Assembly (NCBI GenBank): GCA_030704615.1
Contig: CM060731.1
Location: forward strand, 69,440,001 to 69,504,000
DNA: 64,000 nt
Direction: 5' to 3'
Source of the DNA: Takakia lepidozioides
Lineage: Eukaryota > Plantae > Bryophyta
Shown: piece after piece, positions 11,348 through 25,197 of the stretch
How the letters are laid out: each line of letters starts with the position of its first letter
Numbering within the stretch: position 1 is the stretch's first letter
Program-made: the position numbers and the translations under genes
The notes under the pieces: model-generated
What the model was told of the DNA's origin: nothing
Databases searched by the model: none
What the model saw: the letters and a program-made list of their open reading frames with translations, nothing else

Positions 11348-14300
11348 CTAATCGACTTGAACATCATCATCCGGAGCTTCTTCGTCCTCATCAAGCTGCA
11401 AGTTTTCTTGCTCATCAGAGTCATTGTCATAAATGGCATGGTCACCAAAAGGCACATCTGAATCATCTTCCACCTCGGTTTCAATGACCATGTCTTCGTC
11501 TTCTTCTCCAACATCCGCATCTGATGGAGCCTCATCGTATAGGGTCCGGGATGCATTGTCCGGGGCGTCATCATTCTCTTGTACCCCCTCTATCCAACCT
11601 CGGCCAACATCAGTGTCATCATGACCAGTCTCTTCCTCCTCCGCATTTGCCTCGCCCCATGTAGATCCCCGACCATGATAGATACGTCTTCCTCTTGGCT
11701 GAGCATGCACAACCACCTTCCAATTTCCTGATCCGGAGAAGAAAACTTGTTCCATGTCTGAAGGCCATGAAAAAGGCTCATCGGAGGGACGATAAATAGA
11801 CTCGAGCCTATCTGTATTGACGCGCATGAAACCACACTCATCTTCCACTATTGTTGCGGATGGCCCCACAAGATGTGGCTGGAACCACCTTGCCTTGAAG
11901 ATAAGAGGCCGGTGCCTTGTATACTGAAGTTGGAGTATGCTCTCAAACTCTCCAAAGTAGTTGAGTGTGCTCATGGTAGGTCGTGTATCTCCCCTGCCCC
12001 ACACGGAGTCTTGCCAATATGAGGCACACAAGCCAAAATCAAACGTTGTTTTGCGCTTCATGTCAAGAGCACGAATGCGGAAATGACGACCATGAACCCA
12101 AATCGCCGTATATGAGGTCGCAAATTGAGAGGGGCCCCTTGCAATGTCTTGCACCAAATCTGAAACCACCTCACTTTTCGCAATGTTATCCTCTACTTCA
12201 GTCCAAAACCAATGGCGGAATGAACTTAGAGGCTGCAATTCCATGGGCAATTCTTGTGAAGGCACATTCCTACGCCGGCCCCTTGCTCGCGGAGCGCGTG
12301 TAGTCGCCCTTGCATGGTTCCGCCTCCACGCAACCGTCTCCTCCTGTCGTTGCTGAACAAGGTTATTGTATCTTGCCTCCCACTCATGTATGGATGGGGT
12401 GTTCTTCAGTATGAACTCATGAGCTTGGTTAATCACCATGATGGGTAATTTTACCCTCTTTGAATTTTTGGGCAAAACGATGTCCTTGGTTCGTACATCC
12501 TCATCTTCCTTCCACATCGGAGGGGCTTCCTTATCCACCCTTGCCAAGTACTCCATGCAGTAGAACATAGCCTTTTGCAATGTATACCCCTCCGCCATGC
12601 TACCCTCCGGGTGTGCCATTTGTTTTACATGTGCTTTCAAAGTCTTCATGTATCGCTCAAGGTAGTACATCCACCGAGAATGAACGGAGCCGGCCATCGA
12701 AGCCTCTTCCACTAAGTGCACTACCAAGTGCACTTGGATGTCAAAGAAGGAGGGAGGAAGGTGCATCTCCAACATACACATGACCACCGCCGCCTCCTTC
12801 TTCATGCGTGGAAAGTCCGCTTCCTCCAGCTCTTTGGAGCAAATCCACCGGAACAATGCTCCCAATCTATAGACTGTCTCGCAAACCTCGGAAGTCAATG
12901 TCCCACGTACTGCAATGGGCAAGATGTCTTGCAATAGATTGTGGTAGTCATGAGACTTCAAACCATGAACCCCGTCTTCGTTGAACTTCATACGGAGGGA
13001 TGACCCATAACCAGTTGGTGTTTGGACAGCTCATATGGTGGCTATCATTTTCTTGTATTCCTCCTTTGTCCATTGCCAAGGTGCACGCCTATACTTCCAC
13101 CGTACAACACCCTTTGGGTCCACACCATTTTCTTCGGCCCATAGATGGGGCATGCGACCCTGCTCCTCAAGTTCCTTTCTAACACCGAGAGAATCTCCTT
13201 TCGCAGCCACTCCCTTCTTTGCCGGCGTGCCATGAAGAACACGAAAAAGGGACGAACAAACATTCTTCTCAATATGCATGGGATCTAGAAGATGACAAAT
13301 CTTCAGGTCCTACACATATCCCCACCCACAAATTCTTACACGTCTATTTTTGTCGTGAAAGTGACAACGGAAATAAACAAAACATGCAACATCACATGCA
13401 TGTATAGCAATATTGATGGTGTTTTGTGGAATATGTACCGCCCAATATGGCAACTCGTAGAAGATTGAAAGCCGCTTCATGTCGGGCACCTCCACTTCAC
13501 CGGACCCCTCCGGATGGGCCTCCTTCCATCGGTCTTCCCAAAGTGCCCGGATGGTGTCACAGGTGGGGGACGCAACTCCACTTTGCCATCAAACAAGTGT
13601 TTGTCTCTTCTTCTCCAATGATGGCTCATAGGAAGAAACTTGCGGTAGTTGGGATACACGATCTTGCGAAGATTGCTAGAGCTTTGTGCATCAAGTTCAT
13701 CGCCACAATGCAGGCATGCGTGGTACCCTTTAGTGCTCAACCCCGAGCAAACAGTAAGTCTTGTAGACATACCGCCACATTAGGAAAGACAAAAAGTTTT
13801 CATGTGCATCTACCCCACTACGGTGCAGAAAACTGTCGCCGCTACTTCAATCAATCCCAATCCTCATCAATATCCCTTGACAGGTAAATGTATGCGGGTT
13901 TCTCATGGGGAACATAATATACCTAGATAATCATGCATTGTCCAAAGCAAGATGTCTCTCATCTGAAAAGATTGTCCAGCCATAGGGTCAAGTGAAGCAT
14001 CCAATGTCGGGACCCCCCTCCATAACTCCTTCAGTTCATCAACTAGAGGTCGCAAGTACGTGTCCATGTCTTTCACTTGTTTTTTTCCTATGAGACATTC
14101 ACACCATTAATTGTGTCAATGCTCCACCATGCTAATTATACTTCATAATGAATGACACGTCTTACTACATGATTACATCACTCATCAATCATCCATCGGA
14201 ATTGCGCCAAAGAGAAGAAGATTAATGTAAAATCCAAAGTAATAATAAGCATGAAATGGGAACACTCACCCGGTACAATGGCAGCCAACATGATATGGTC

Positions 14301-15374
14301 TTTTTTTTATTGAAAGATATGGAGGGATATTGTAATTCACCAGGGTCACCGGCCAAGTGGAATGACTACATGACTGGACAGAGAATAGGTTGACCCCATC
14401 CGAGGAAAAGCCGAGGCGGACATGTCGTGGGTCCTCCAAGAGAAAAGGCCACATCTCTTCAGTATGCCTCCATGCTTGTGAATATTGTGGCCCGCACACC
14501 TTTCTCGGGGGGGCTCTGATGCGAGGCGTGCCATCTCATCAGTTCTGCCAATGAGGGGCTTCGGTAGTGTGCCTGCAGTCGCGGGATGATTGGAAAGTAG
14601 TGCATTTTCTGGCACCATCCCCATGTCGGCCCCATATCATAATCAGTGTCATTCATATCTCTAAGTAAAACCTTACGTCTTGTAGCGGTTGCAAAAATGT
14701 AGAATGCAATATACAAGTGTATTGTGGCGCGGGTATACCTTGTGCGGGGCTTTCTTCCCTTGAACATCATCCCGATATTGGTCTTTGTTGCACTTTGGAC
14801 ACTTGGTGAGTTTCGCATCCTCTCCGTAGTATAGGGTTTTATCACATGGACATGCATGAAAAATCTTATAGCCCATCCCCACAGCATCCACGGCTGCTCT
14901 TGCCTCTTTTCTTGATCGTGGCATTCTCGGCTTCAAATGTGGGGCAAGTATGTAGTTCGCGATAGTCCGCATTATGGCGGACATACCCACATTGCTTATG
15001 TCAAACCGGATTTGCAAATTCAGCAACAACAAGATGGTTGAAAGTCTACTCACTTTGGCCCGTTCGTATAAGGGAGTTTTGGTTTTTTCTTCCATGTCAT
15101 TCAAAGAGTCTGTGTCCTCATCTACCATCTGATGCATTAAGAGGTCCTCCATTGCTGCCACATCCTCATGCATAATTCCATTGTCATTGTTGTCATCATC
15201 ATCGGAGACCGCCATTTCAGACGGGGTCGGGTCCCTTTGATACGCACCCCCCTTCGAAGGAACAAAATCCCGGTTCATGACAACATGAACTTCATGAATT
15301 AACGTGTGGGGTTGTGGCCAGCATCCTAAGATGCCAAAAACAACCATGTCATTATTAGTTTCCATACATGGCAT
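11348..15374 (-). pseudogene. CACTA transposase (TnpD/Transposase_21, DUF4218-type C-terminus), multi-exon and disrupted
   Basis: HACPCDKTLY..CPKC; YFPIIPRLQ; RLGFSSDGVN..STWPV..NYNIPP; MHIEKNV; GLKSHDYH; PPSFFDIQVHLVVHL; RWMYYLERYMKTLK..PEGSMAEGY. Confidence 0.92.
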
Positions 15375-15749
15375 TGTTCATTATCATATAAGATAAAACC
15401 CAAAGTACACATTATACACACGAGGGGAATACATACATTGCTTCACCACATGAAGGAGACACTATATAATTCAAAATACCCAAATTCACATATAACGTCC
15501 ACCCAAACTCCCTTGAATATAGCATGAAAAACTGCATCCAAATACACATCAATGCCTGTGTATATATATACACGGTGGAGGAAGCCACCTCAATGTACAA
15601 AATGTCTTCCTACGTCCATCTACACATGATGAACGTCGGCTAACGCCTAAAGTCATACTCTGCAAACAACTCCTCTCCAGCCCTAATAGTCCTCCCTGCA
15701 CATGTCATAACAAAAGTGGTGATGTTAGGGTCCAATCTACTATCTCCGT

Positions 15750-17184
15750 CATGTACATGAAGATGCAGCAGTGTTGGCCTACCTTCGTACTGGAGAGACA
15801 GCAGCCAGTGTGACTGCTAAGGAGAGAGATCGGATCCTACAACGAGCCAAAAGGTTCAAGTGGGAGGGGACTCACCTACTCTGGGAGGATGGACGGGTGA
15901 GGATTGTGCCTCATCCAACACAACAAGCGCGATTGGTACGCCATGCCCATGAGGAGTTGGGACATTTTGGGATGCGGCGCACTCATAGTTTGTTGCAAAG
16001 ACAGTACTGGTGGCGGGGCATGCACACAGATGTGCAACACGTGCATGGTGTGTGATAGAGTGTGAGCTTCTTTCAATGCACCTACTCCACAATTGCATCC
16101 TTTACCTATTATGGGTTTGGGCTATCGTTGGAGTCTTGACTTCGTAGGCCCATTGCCACTAATGATTCGCCATAACAAGTATGTGCTGGTGATGGTGGAA
16201 CATTTCTCCAAGTGGATTGAACTGGTGGCATTGCCTGACAAGGCAAGTGAGGGGGCTGCGTATGCATTCTTAGATTGAGTGCTTAGCCAATTTGGTGCTC
16301 CAGCCGAGGTACTCACGGACCAGGGGAGAGAGTTCTTGGGGGAGTTTCAGGCTTTGTGTGAACAAGCCTTGATAGATCACCGCAATACTTCTCGGGATCA
16401 TCCCGAGGCTAATGGCCTGGCAGAGAGGGTTGTACAAACAGTCAAGCGAGGCTTGCGCAAGTATGGCTTGAAGAATGGGCACTTAGGAGATTGGGACCTT
16501 CAGCTACCTTGGTTGGCCATGGGCTACAGGTTTAGCAAACAAGCATCACTTGCCTCGTTCTCGTCGTATTTCCTTCTCTTTGGCCGAGAGCCAGATTTGC
16601 CTGCATCTATTTGCAGGGAGACTGTAGTAGTTCTCAACCTTGATGATCCGGATGTGTGGACACAAGCATGTGCCCAGCGGGCAGAGTTGTTCAAGATAGT
16701 CATGCCTATGGCTTTTGAGAACCTTGCTATTGCCCAACAACGAGACACGTTGAGGTACGCCACTATACGTGGAGGGGGATATCGGCCAGGTGTTCGGCGT
16801 TTCCACCCTGGGGACTATGTGTATCTGCAGCAGACAGCGCCTATGACTTTGGATGTCACAGCAGGGCGTGTGATTCTAAGGGTCCGGGAGGTGTTGCCTT
16901 CAGGAGTGTTGATTCTGGAGGGTCAAGATGGCATGGTATGGAAGGACCATGTGCGCAATTGTGTGCCATGTCACCTTCCATATGTGGATGGGAGGATAGA
17001 TCCCAACCTTGCAGTGGTACCTGCAGGGTTGCGTTGCATGCTATGTGGGCATGCTGGTGGTGCCGCGACCATGTTGGTGTGTGACAAATGCTCAAGGGGG
17101 TGGCACATGGGATGCTTGACACCGCCACTTGAGGAGGTTCCTAGTGGAGAATGGTTGTGTCCACGATGCCTTGGACATAGGTAG
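15750..17184 (+). pseudogene. Gypsy-type integrase with C-terminal PHD finger
   Basis: Zinc-binding HEELGHFG; WSLDFVGPLP; LTDQGREF; NGLAERVV; PHD CMLC..VCDKCSRGWHMGCLTPPL..GEWLCPRC; PPT-like aggggggcga at 17431 followed by TG. Confidence 0.9.
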
Positions 17185-17439
17185 TGGGCATGACAATGGT
17201 GGAATTGACAAGTGATCCAAGGTCTAGCTGATGGGAGCTCAACGCCATGGATACGTAATTTAAGATCATGGATTGCAGGAAGGCGAGTAACGATGGGGCT
17301 ACTTTTGCACCCGGCCTCTTGATCTATTGACTTTAGATACTGGGACATGTGCGATTGAAGACCAAACAATGATTTTATTGAGATGGATACTTGTCAGCTA
17401 TCCAGTGTTAGAGGGACCTAATCACCAGCTAGGGGGGCG

Positions 17440-17981
17440 ATTGTGGCATAGCTTGCTAGGATTGTGTGCTTAGAATGTATGGTGGACAGTGATGTATGTT
17501 GTGGCATGATACTTAGGTGCACGACAGCTGTCATGGTTTTAGTCATGGTTAACTAGAATTACCTACTTCTAGTTAACTAGGACATTTTGGATATTTATAT
17601 TTGTATTTTGTGTGTTGGGACTTCATTTGGTCTCACATGCCAAGTGAGGTGTCAAACCTCACTTGGGACATGGGGATGGGTTTTCCCCTTGTGAGTGTTG
17701 AGGAGGGCTCATCTTCTTGTAGTTGAGCCTCCATGAGCTTTCCCACCTCCATAGCTCTAGGTATTGAGAGGGAGTGTGGTAAGGGCTTTGTAGGGTGGAT
17801 TCCTTTAGCAAAGGTGCCCTTGGCTTGACTTAGTTTATGTAACTGAGTGGATTCATGAGTGGAGTATTTCCATTGTGTATTCACTTCCATTATCATTGTG
17901 GCATAGCTTGCTAGGATTGTGTACTTAGAATGTATGGTGGACAGCGATGTATGTTGTGGCACGATGCTTAGGTGCACGACA
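17440..17981 (+). repeat. 87-bp direct repeat (17440-17526 / 17895-17981) bracketing a 367-bp insert
   Basis: attgtggcatagcttgctagg...ttaggtgcacgaca occurs twice, with 4 transitions. Confidence 0.9.
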
Positions 17982-18019
17982 AGGGGAACCTCGAGGACAC
18001 GACGTTTTTTCCTCTTCCT

Positions 18020-20700
18020 CTTGCCATGCTTGGTGCACACACTCGCCTGTTACTCGATGCAAATTCCTAACTGTACCCCACAGTGGAATATGAACAGACA
18101 CATGAGGAAGCAAATCAGCCTTGTATGCCAATTGTTTTTCCTCATCGGATGGTGGCCTATCATCTGCATGGCTATTGCCCTCCAAGAGCTCACCACCCCA
18201 AGCCACCACCCCTGAGAATGCAGCCAATATGGGCATCATGTTCCTATGATCCACCGCTACATTCCCAACAAACCGCACTGGGAGCAGTGCACGTTGACCA
18301 TCCCCTGACTGCCATTCCGGCCTGTAGGATGTCGTTTCCTCCCAGAAGTCCAAAGTAAAGCCCATCGGGTATAACACAGCCCCACCAACAAGCACATCAT
18401 AAGACATCGCATCTGTAACATGGCGTGTAATCCCTCGTGCCTTCTCTAAATCACCCAAAGATGTTTGAATTTGGAAAGGACAAGGCTCCAAATCCGCCTC
18501 TGTAAGGCCCAAGCCTGCAATTGCTGCTCTCCCCAACATCAATGGTTGTGCTCCCGAGTCCAACAAGACCCGTAGTGGCCTATACCTCCTCCCGGCCGGG
18601 CCACCCAACTGAAACACACCATCCTGATTGTCCACCAGGACTACCCCAAGAATCACCATACTACGCTCAATGGCTGGTCTAGCTGGCAACTCTTGCAACC
18701 TTATAGCTACCGCTTGCCATGGCGCAGTTGTGGCTGTCTTCACCCTTGAATCCAGGGCATCCATGCACTGCACCTGATCCGTTATCCCCGCAGATAGTGC
18801 CGATGCATCACCACTCTCACAGAGTCTAGCTGCCAGTCTAAACACTACAGCTGGCCGCATCCCCGGCATTGCAATTGTCGTGGAAGAAAACAATGGAGCT
18901 TGGCAAATTGCCGTAGCCGCCCCCAACAATGTATTGGCTGCACCTTGCTTTGCAGTATCATCCATTGACATCCCCCGAACCATGCCAACTCTCCCCATTG
19001 GCACTCTTGCATGCTCTACCTCTGACACACTTGGACGAGCTGGTACCATCGATGGCATGGTTGGCACTATCTCAGCCAATGTGAAAGACTGTGGAAGCCT
19101 TGTCTGCCGACTTGCTTCCCCTCTTTGTGGATCAAAATCCACATCCGCTCCTCTTGGCTCAGGAGCACGCGTTGCTGCTCGAGTGACAGCAGCTGCAGAG
19201 TCCACATGCAATGGTCTTGCAAGTGTGGCTCCACACATGAAGGCCATACCAATCTGGTCTTCTCTAGGCATAGGAGGTTGTGCAGGTGGGGTTTTGAACC
19301 TCAAGCCTTGGAGCTGGCGCAACATGAGTAGTGGGCATGGCAGCAAGACGTTGCTCTAGCTGGGCAAGTCTATCCACCATGCCTTGGTCATGACCTTGAC
19401 CCTGACCCTGCGCTCATTGGTTTTGTTTACATCCTCCACCCCGACCTCTGCCTCCTCTACCTCTCTGGACTACATTTCCTTGTCCTCGGCCACCATTGTT
19501 CCCTTGGAACTGGCCTGGCTGTAGCTCACGATGCAAGTCATAACAATGAACCTCTTCATGCCCATACTTGCCACAATGCCCACATTGTAGTTGTGTAGAC
19601 TGTGCCTGTGCCGGCCCTTTGCCTCTTTCTGGGCAATCTCTCTTAACATGGGGTCCTCCACAATCCCAACATGTCACACCCGACTGTTGTTGGCCTGAGA
19701 ATGAAGGAAGTGACCTCTGCAATTGAGATCTTCTTGGCCCTTCCCTGGGCTTCGCCTGAGCCCCATTGTTGCCTTGAGCACGTTGGGGTAGTGGTTGTTG
19801 TTGGCTAGGAGCCCCACTTTGTTGTGTCTCCTAACCAAACCCCACCATGACCACTCGTTCCTCCACCATATTGAGCTCTATCCGCTCTGCCAGCAAAAAC
19901 ACGTTTGCTAAGGTGGGTTGGGCCACTTGTAGAAAAGTTGAGTCCCGCACCCTTCTCCTCAGCTCCTTATCCAATATCCCATACCACAATTGGACTGCTT
20001 GAGCTTTCGTAACCCCTTGGGTTACATTTATCAATCGCCTCATGCGCGTGTAAGCCTCCCTTAAACTCTCGGCAGGCTTTCGTTGGAACTCTTGCAAACT
20101 CCGCAATTTCTCCGTCCTTATCCCCTGGTAGTTTCTCCTTAACTCCTCGAAGAACTCCACAACTGGGTTAAAGACAGGCATGGGTGTTGGTGCTGCAGCA
20201 GGAGCTTGGGTGGACTTCCCAGCTCCTGTTCCACTTGACGTCCCACTGCTGCTTGCAGAAGCTGCCGGTGTAGCTGCCGGTGTCACCACTGCCCTTGTGC
20301 CTTTAGTGATGGAAACATAGTCAGGTGACCAATACACATGCCATTCCTCAATCTCCACCTCATGTCCCCGCCTAAACTCATGGTAGTCATCCATGGGCGG
20401 CCCCTCAAGGTGCTGAAACAACCTCTTCCATGCCATAAAAGACGTAAACAGTTGTGGATTGCGCATCTGCTGCAAATCACACCAACTATCAAACTCATGT
20501 ATGAAATCATCAAGCTCGATGGTGCCCACAGCTCCAGAGTACCGACGTGGCCCCTTGGTAGCTCCATACATTTCCTCCATCGTATCCCACAACAATGGCA
20601 CGGAAATGGCTTGCACCCTCGGCGAGAATCCTCCTAACTCTGAATCTGAGCCTTCCTCAGAAGACACTGAAGGTGAAGGTGGCCTAAACCGCACACCTCA
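18020..20700 (-). pseudogene. Retrotransposon gag (two CCHC knuckles) and aspartic protease; RT/RNase H absent
   Basis: Gag core (ELDDFIHEFDSWCD..ESLREAYTRM); CWDCGGPHVKRDC and CGHCGKYGHEEVHC; protease VLLDSGAQ..YDVLVG. Confidence 0.85.
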
Positions 20701-21774
20701 TCTTGTATACCCACTAGTATCGCTGGTGCTCATACCGGCACTCTCCTCAGCAACTGGTGGCACCTCCGTGATGAAAACTCACAACCACACCTGTTGTAAA
20801 CTTGTCTCTAATCCCCCTTTCCACAAGGTAACCGGGTAAAGAACCTGTTGCAGCTTATGGCTTAGACTACTAGGTTCGTAACATAAATCTGCACCTGTAT
20901 CCACCGCAAGCACTCATATGGTCTGCTGGTCATCAACGCAGCCTCACCATAACAATCATGGTCTGACTGGTCATCACCCCAGCCTCACCACCGACAGCAT
21001 GCTCTAGGATTGGCCGGTGATAAAATCCGGACCAACCTCCTATGAAAACAAGCGCCCACACAAAACTGACATGGCGCACAGTCAAGCATGCAGGTGTGGG
21101 AGGGATCCAAACACAAGAAAATCAAGACAGTAACTCCCCCACACCAAAAAAAACACTCCACAGTGTCGCTCCTGCAAGGACACCCTAGCCCAAACCCGGA
21201 CTGACTCTTGCCTCCACCTACGGAAAGGTTTTGGTCTACATAGAGGGTGGAAGACTACGAGGAAGAGAGACTAAAGCAATTCCTAATCCCAGAATGCTCT
21301 CATCCCACCAGTCTCCCCCTATATCTAAACGCTCTTGCTCATGACCAATAGACATAACTACCTTCCAGGGTCTCTCAAATAACTCTCCAAGAGCCCTCAA
21401 GATGTCTCTCAAACAATCTCACTAAGGCCCCCAAAGCCTGCCAAATCTTGGCCCTCAAGGACCCCAAAAAGTCCTTCAGACAAGTTGCCAAAGACTCCTT
21501 AAGCTCGCCAAATATTAGCCTCCAAGGACCCCAAAATAGTCCTCCAAATATCCCTCCAAAGCTCCAAATGTTTGCCAAATATTGGTCTTCAAGGACCCCC
21601 AATAGTCCTCCAAACAGTCCTCCAAACACCCCTTCAAGAGCTCTTCAAGTGTCTTACAAAAGCTCCTCAAAGGACCCCCCAAAGATCCTCCAAAGGCACT
21701 CCTCCAGATACACCGTAGATGTCATACACTTTTAATGAAAACGTATGGTAGGCAAAGTTTCTCCACTTGTATCC

Positions 21775-21945
21775 ATACCTTGTTCACAAAAGTGTATGGT
21801 GGGGCAGATGGATCCCATACACTGCTCACAAAAACGTATGTTGGGCAGACGGGGCCCATACTCTGTTCACAAAAGTGTATGTTGGGCAGAGGGGTTCCAT
21901 ACTCTGTTCACAAAAGTGTATGATGGGCAGAGGGAGCCCATACAC
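21775..21945. repeat. ~41-bp tandem repeat, 4 copies
   Basis: Unit tgttcacaaaagtgtatgttgggcagagggg.cccatactc. Confidence 0.85.
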
Positions 21946-23708
21946 AGTTTCTTGAAGAGTAGGGAGACTAGGGTTTGTAGAGTATAGTAAGAAACACCTT
22001 CTTCATTGTATCTTCCCCCCTAACATGCATGCAAGATTGCATTATCTTACTTTGCAATGCATTCATCCCAAATTGACAAGTTCCTCTTGATCTCCTTGGA
22101 ACTCATAGCAAGCTAATGTGCCCAATGACAAGCGCCAAGCCTTGCTTGAATTTGAATTTTGTATGCCATCTTCCATGTGCTTTCCCTTGCATGGGCTAGT
22201 CACACACACTTCCACCTCTTGACCTAGGTGTTGTCTTCATTCATCATAATGTGTATCCACACCTCTATTCAAGAGCTCATCTTCTCAAACTTGAAGTCAC
22301 AAGCCCTAAAGAGCATGCTCCACATAAGCATCACTTGCTTGATCAACCATCCACCACAAAACTTAAGCAAAAAGGGAATGAATACATGAGCTTCACCTTC
22401 CCCTTCCTTGTCTTGTCACATGCTAATGTATGGTTGAAGTTGTTATGCACGCGGTGAGCCACAATCTCCTTTCTTCATGAAGACCACCTCCAATGATCTC
22501 CCAAATGTGTTCCAAGCTCTTCAATACTCTAGGCTTGGTTTCACATCATCATGGATAGAATTCTCACCCACATGCTTCCCTTTGGAGACATCTTGAGCTT
22601 TCTGATGCTCTCCAACTGGTTACTTTTGTTGTCTTCAAGCCCTAGCCTATGTAGCTCCTTGGCTTTTCTTCCACAACATGCACCACCTCATACATAAGGA
22701 ATGAACTTGCTCACTTCACCTTCTAACTCTCCTCAAGCTTAAATTGGAAGCCACACTTGGAAAACATGCTCCACACATGCGCCACTTGCTTGGTCAATCA
22801 CTTGCTTCACCAAGAGCAATCCAAGAACTCATAGAACTAGCAAAAGCACTCCCTTCTCGCGCCGCCTTCGCTTGCTTGTTTGCCAACCAAATGAAACCCC
22901 ACTTGGCTTCATTTCACCATGGATAGAACAACCACTTCTTAGCTTCTCTTGAGCTACTCAATGCTCCTCAAGCTACCGTTGTTGTACTCAATCTATTCCA
23001 ACCCAAGCATGTGCCGCTCTTTGGCTTCTCTTTCACACCATGAACAACTAGAGCTTGCTCTTGAAACCCTACTCTCTATCTTCTCCACACACAAGACACT
23101 TCTCTTGTGATGCAAGAGCTCTTTTCCAAACTCTCCACCTCTATAGAGCAAAGTAATGCTTCTCAAACCCTAACATCCATGTTCTCCACGCCAAAAGGAT
23201 TTTCCTTTGCAACTCCTACAACACCTTGCAACACAAGAGCTATTTACCAAGCTCTCTCCAACACACAAGTGCTAAACTAACCCTTATACTCCGCACTCAC
23301 AAGCATAAGGAGATCTTCTTGTAGTGATAATGGAAGTGAACACACAATGGAAACACTCCACTCAGTCACATAAACTAAGTCAAGCCAAGGGCACCTTTGC
23401 TAAAGGAATCCACCCTACAAAGCCCTTACCACACTCCCTCTCAATACCTAGAGCTATGGAGGTGGGAGAGTTCATGGAAGCTCAACTACAAGAAGATGAG
23501 CCCTCCTCAACACTCACAAGGGGAAAACCCATCCCCATGTCCCAAGTGAGGTTTGACACCTCACTTGGCATGTGAGACCAAATGAAGTTCCAACACACAA
23601 AATACAAATACAAATATCCAAAATGTCCTAGTTAACTAGAATAAGGTAATTCTAGTTAACCATGACTAAAACCATGACACCCTAATCATCAAGGAGGGTA
23701 GGGAAGTA

Positions 23709-24748
23709 GTGGAGGGGAAAGGGAAAGGACAGGCCCAGGAGAGGGAGCGTAAGAGAAAGAGGCGTAGAAGGAGAGAGGTGCAGACGGGGGAGGGCACTAG
23801 TGGGGGAACAAAAGACAAGAGGGAGTTAATTCAGATGAGCGTGCAACCGGTGGAGGGCATTAGCGGGGCAACAAAAGACAAGGGAGAGGTAGTTCAGAAG
23901 AGCGTGGACGAGGTAAAGACCTCGGGTCCCCGCAACCTTGATTTGCCAAAGATGAAGGTGCCCCCCTTAGAGACCAATAAGGTCGGTGACCCCATTGGTG
24001 TGGAGCTGGTGGGAAAGAACCTCAAGGACAAGAGGTACCGTGCGCGACAAACCATTTGCAAGGCACTCAAGACGGGGGTCGAACCAACGACCATGCCACA
24101 TGGAATAACCAAGGTAAGACGTACTTCACTTGTCATTGGTGTCTTTGAATGCATGTTCATTGCGGTATGGAGTTTATTAACATTTATAGTGTCTTTGTTG
24201 GGGCTGGACAGGAATCTTGGGAGGCTCTCATCGCAGGGGAGAGGGAAGAGCTGAAGGCGGAGATCTTCGCAAGGGGACGTGCAGCAACTGCAGGCGGCGG
24301 AATCAACACACAAGTGGGGCCCCGGCGGAAGCAAGAGTTTTGTCTCCCGATTCGTAAGTGTTCTTTCTCGTGTCATACCCATTCTTTTTTTTTAGCTTCT
24401 CCCTTCCATTATGAATTCTTACCTGTCATTGCATTTGTATGTCATGTGCAGAAAAAGAAGTTTGAGAGGCCTCCCTCCGCCATCGAGCACAATTTTTGCA
24501 AGACTCAGGGGTGGAAGGCCCTTGTAGCCTCAATGGCCAAGACGCCACAATTGATGGAGGATAGTGCATCTGTAGGGGTGGGGATGGGTAGTTCAATGGC
24601 TCGGCCGGATAGGGGAGAGCCAATAGTAGGGGGTGGTTCGAAGGATGATGTAATCTCGGACTCGGCCTCATCATCCTCCAAATTGGAGGCCCAGCGTAGC
24701 TTGCATTCCTCGGACGAGTACACCTATGACTCAGGTGATGAGGAGTGA
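23709..24748 (+). CDS. Probable second CACTA gene (accessory/TnpA-like position), spliced, divergent from the transposase
   Basis: Basic NLS-like RKRKRRRRR, GT..AG-bounded segments and an acidic tail YDSGDEE, inside the TIRs. The assignment is positional only. Confidence 0.45.
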
Positions 24749-25197
24749 GGGATGGTTCCCAATTAGAGACATGTAAAGGTAGTACTCGCTTTATGTATAT
24801 ATTTCTTCAGTTACCATTTCGATCCTCATTCTAACCTTAATGGACATGTGGATTCTAATCTAACCTATAGATTAGACAAGCACGAGGCACACCCCAACCC
24901 CCAAGAAACCCCCCCCAAACGATAAAAAAAACCCCAAAACCCCACCCCAAATACCAGCTGGCTACCCTCCCACCCAGCGACGCTGTTGCGATTCCCCGCC
25001 GTCGCAATAGAACCATGCCAACGTGGAGCTAGCGACGCCACGAAGGGGCTGCGACGTTGTTGCGACTCCAGGGAGTCTGTCGATCACTTTTTCGGATCAT
25101 AATTTAGAATAGCACATTTGATGTACATTAGTATATATTTTATGAAGTTTAGTATGAAATCATATTAAGAAATCATAAGTAAAATGGAATTCTAGCA

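Larger units (their letters stand above)
17529..23679. repeat. ~360-bp inverted repeat pair (17529-17895 / 23324-23679), LTR-like with TGTCAT end
   Basis: ORFs 17633-18040(-) and 23324-23575(+) share MEVNTQWK...QVRFDTSLGM; ends tgtcatggttttagtcatgg / ccatgactaaaaccatgaca. Confidence 0.9.

Noticed and set aside
17529-23679. DIRS-like element with inverted terminal repeats
   Set aside because: No tyrosine recombinase or RT lies inside; the neighbouring enzyme is a DDE integrase and the repeat end is LTR-like.
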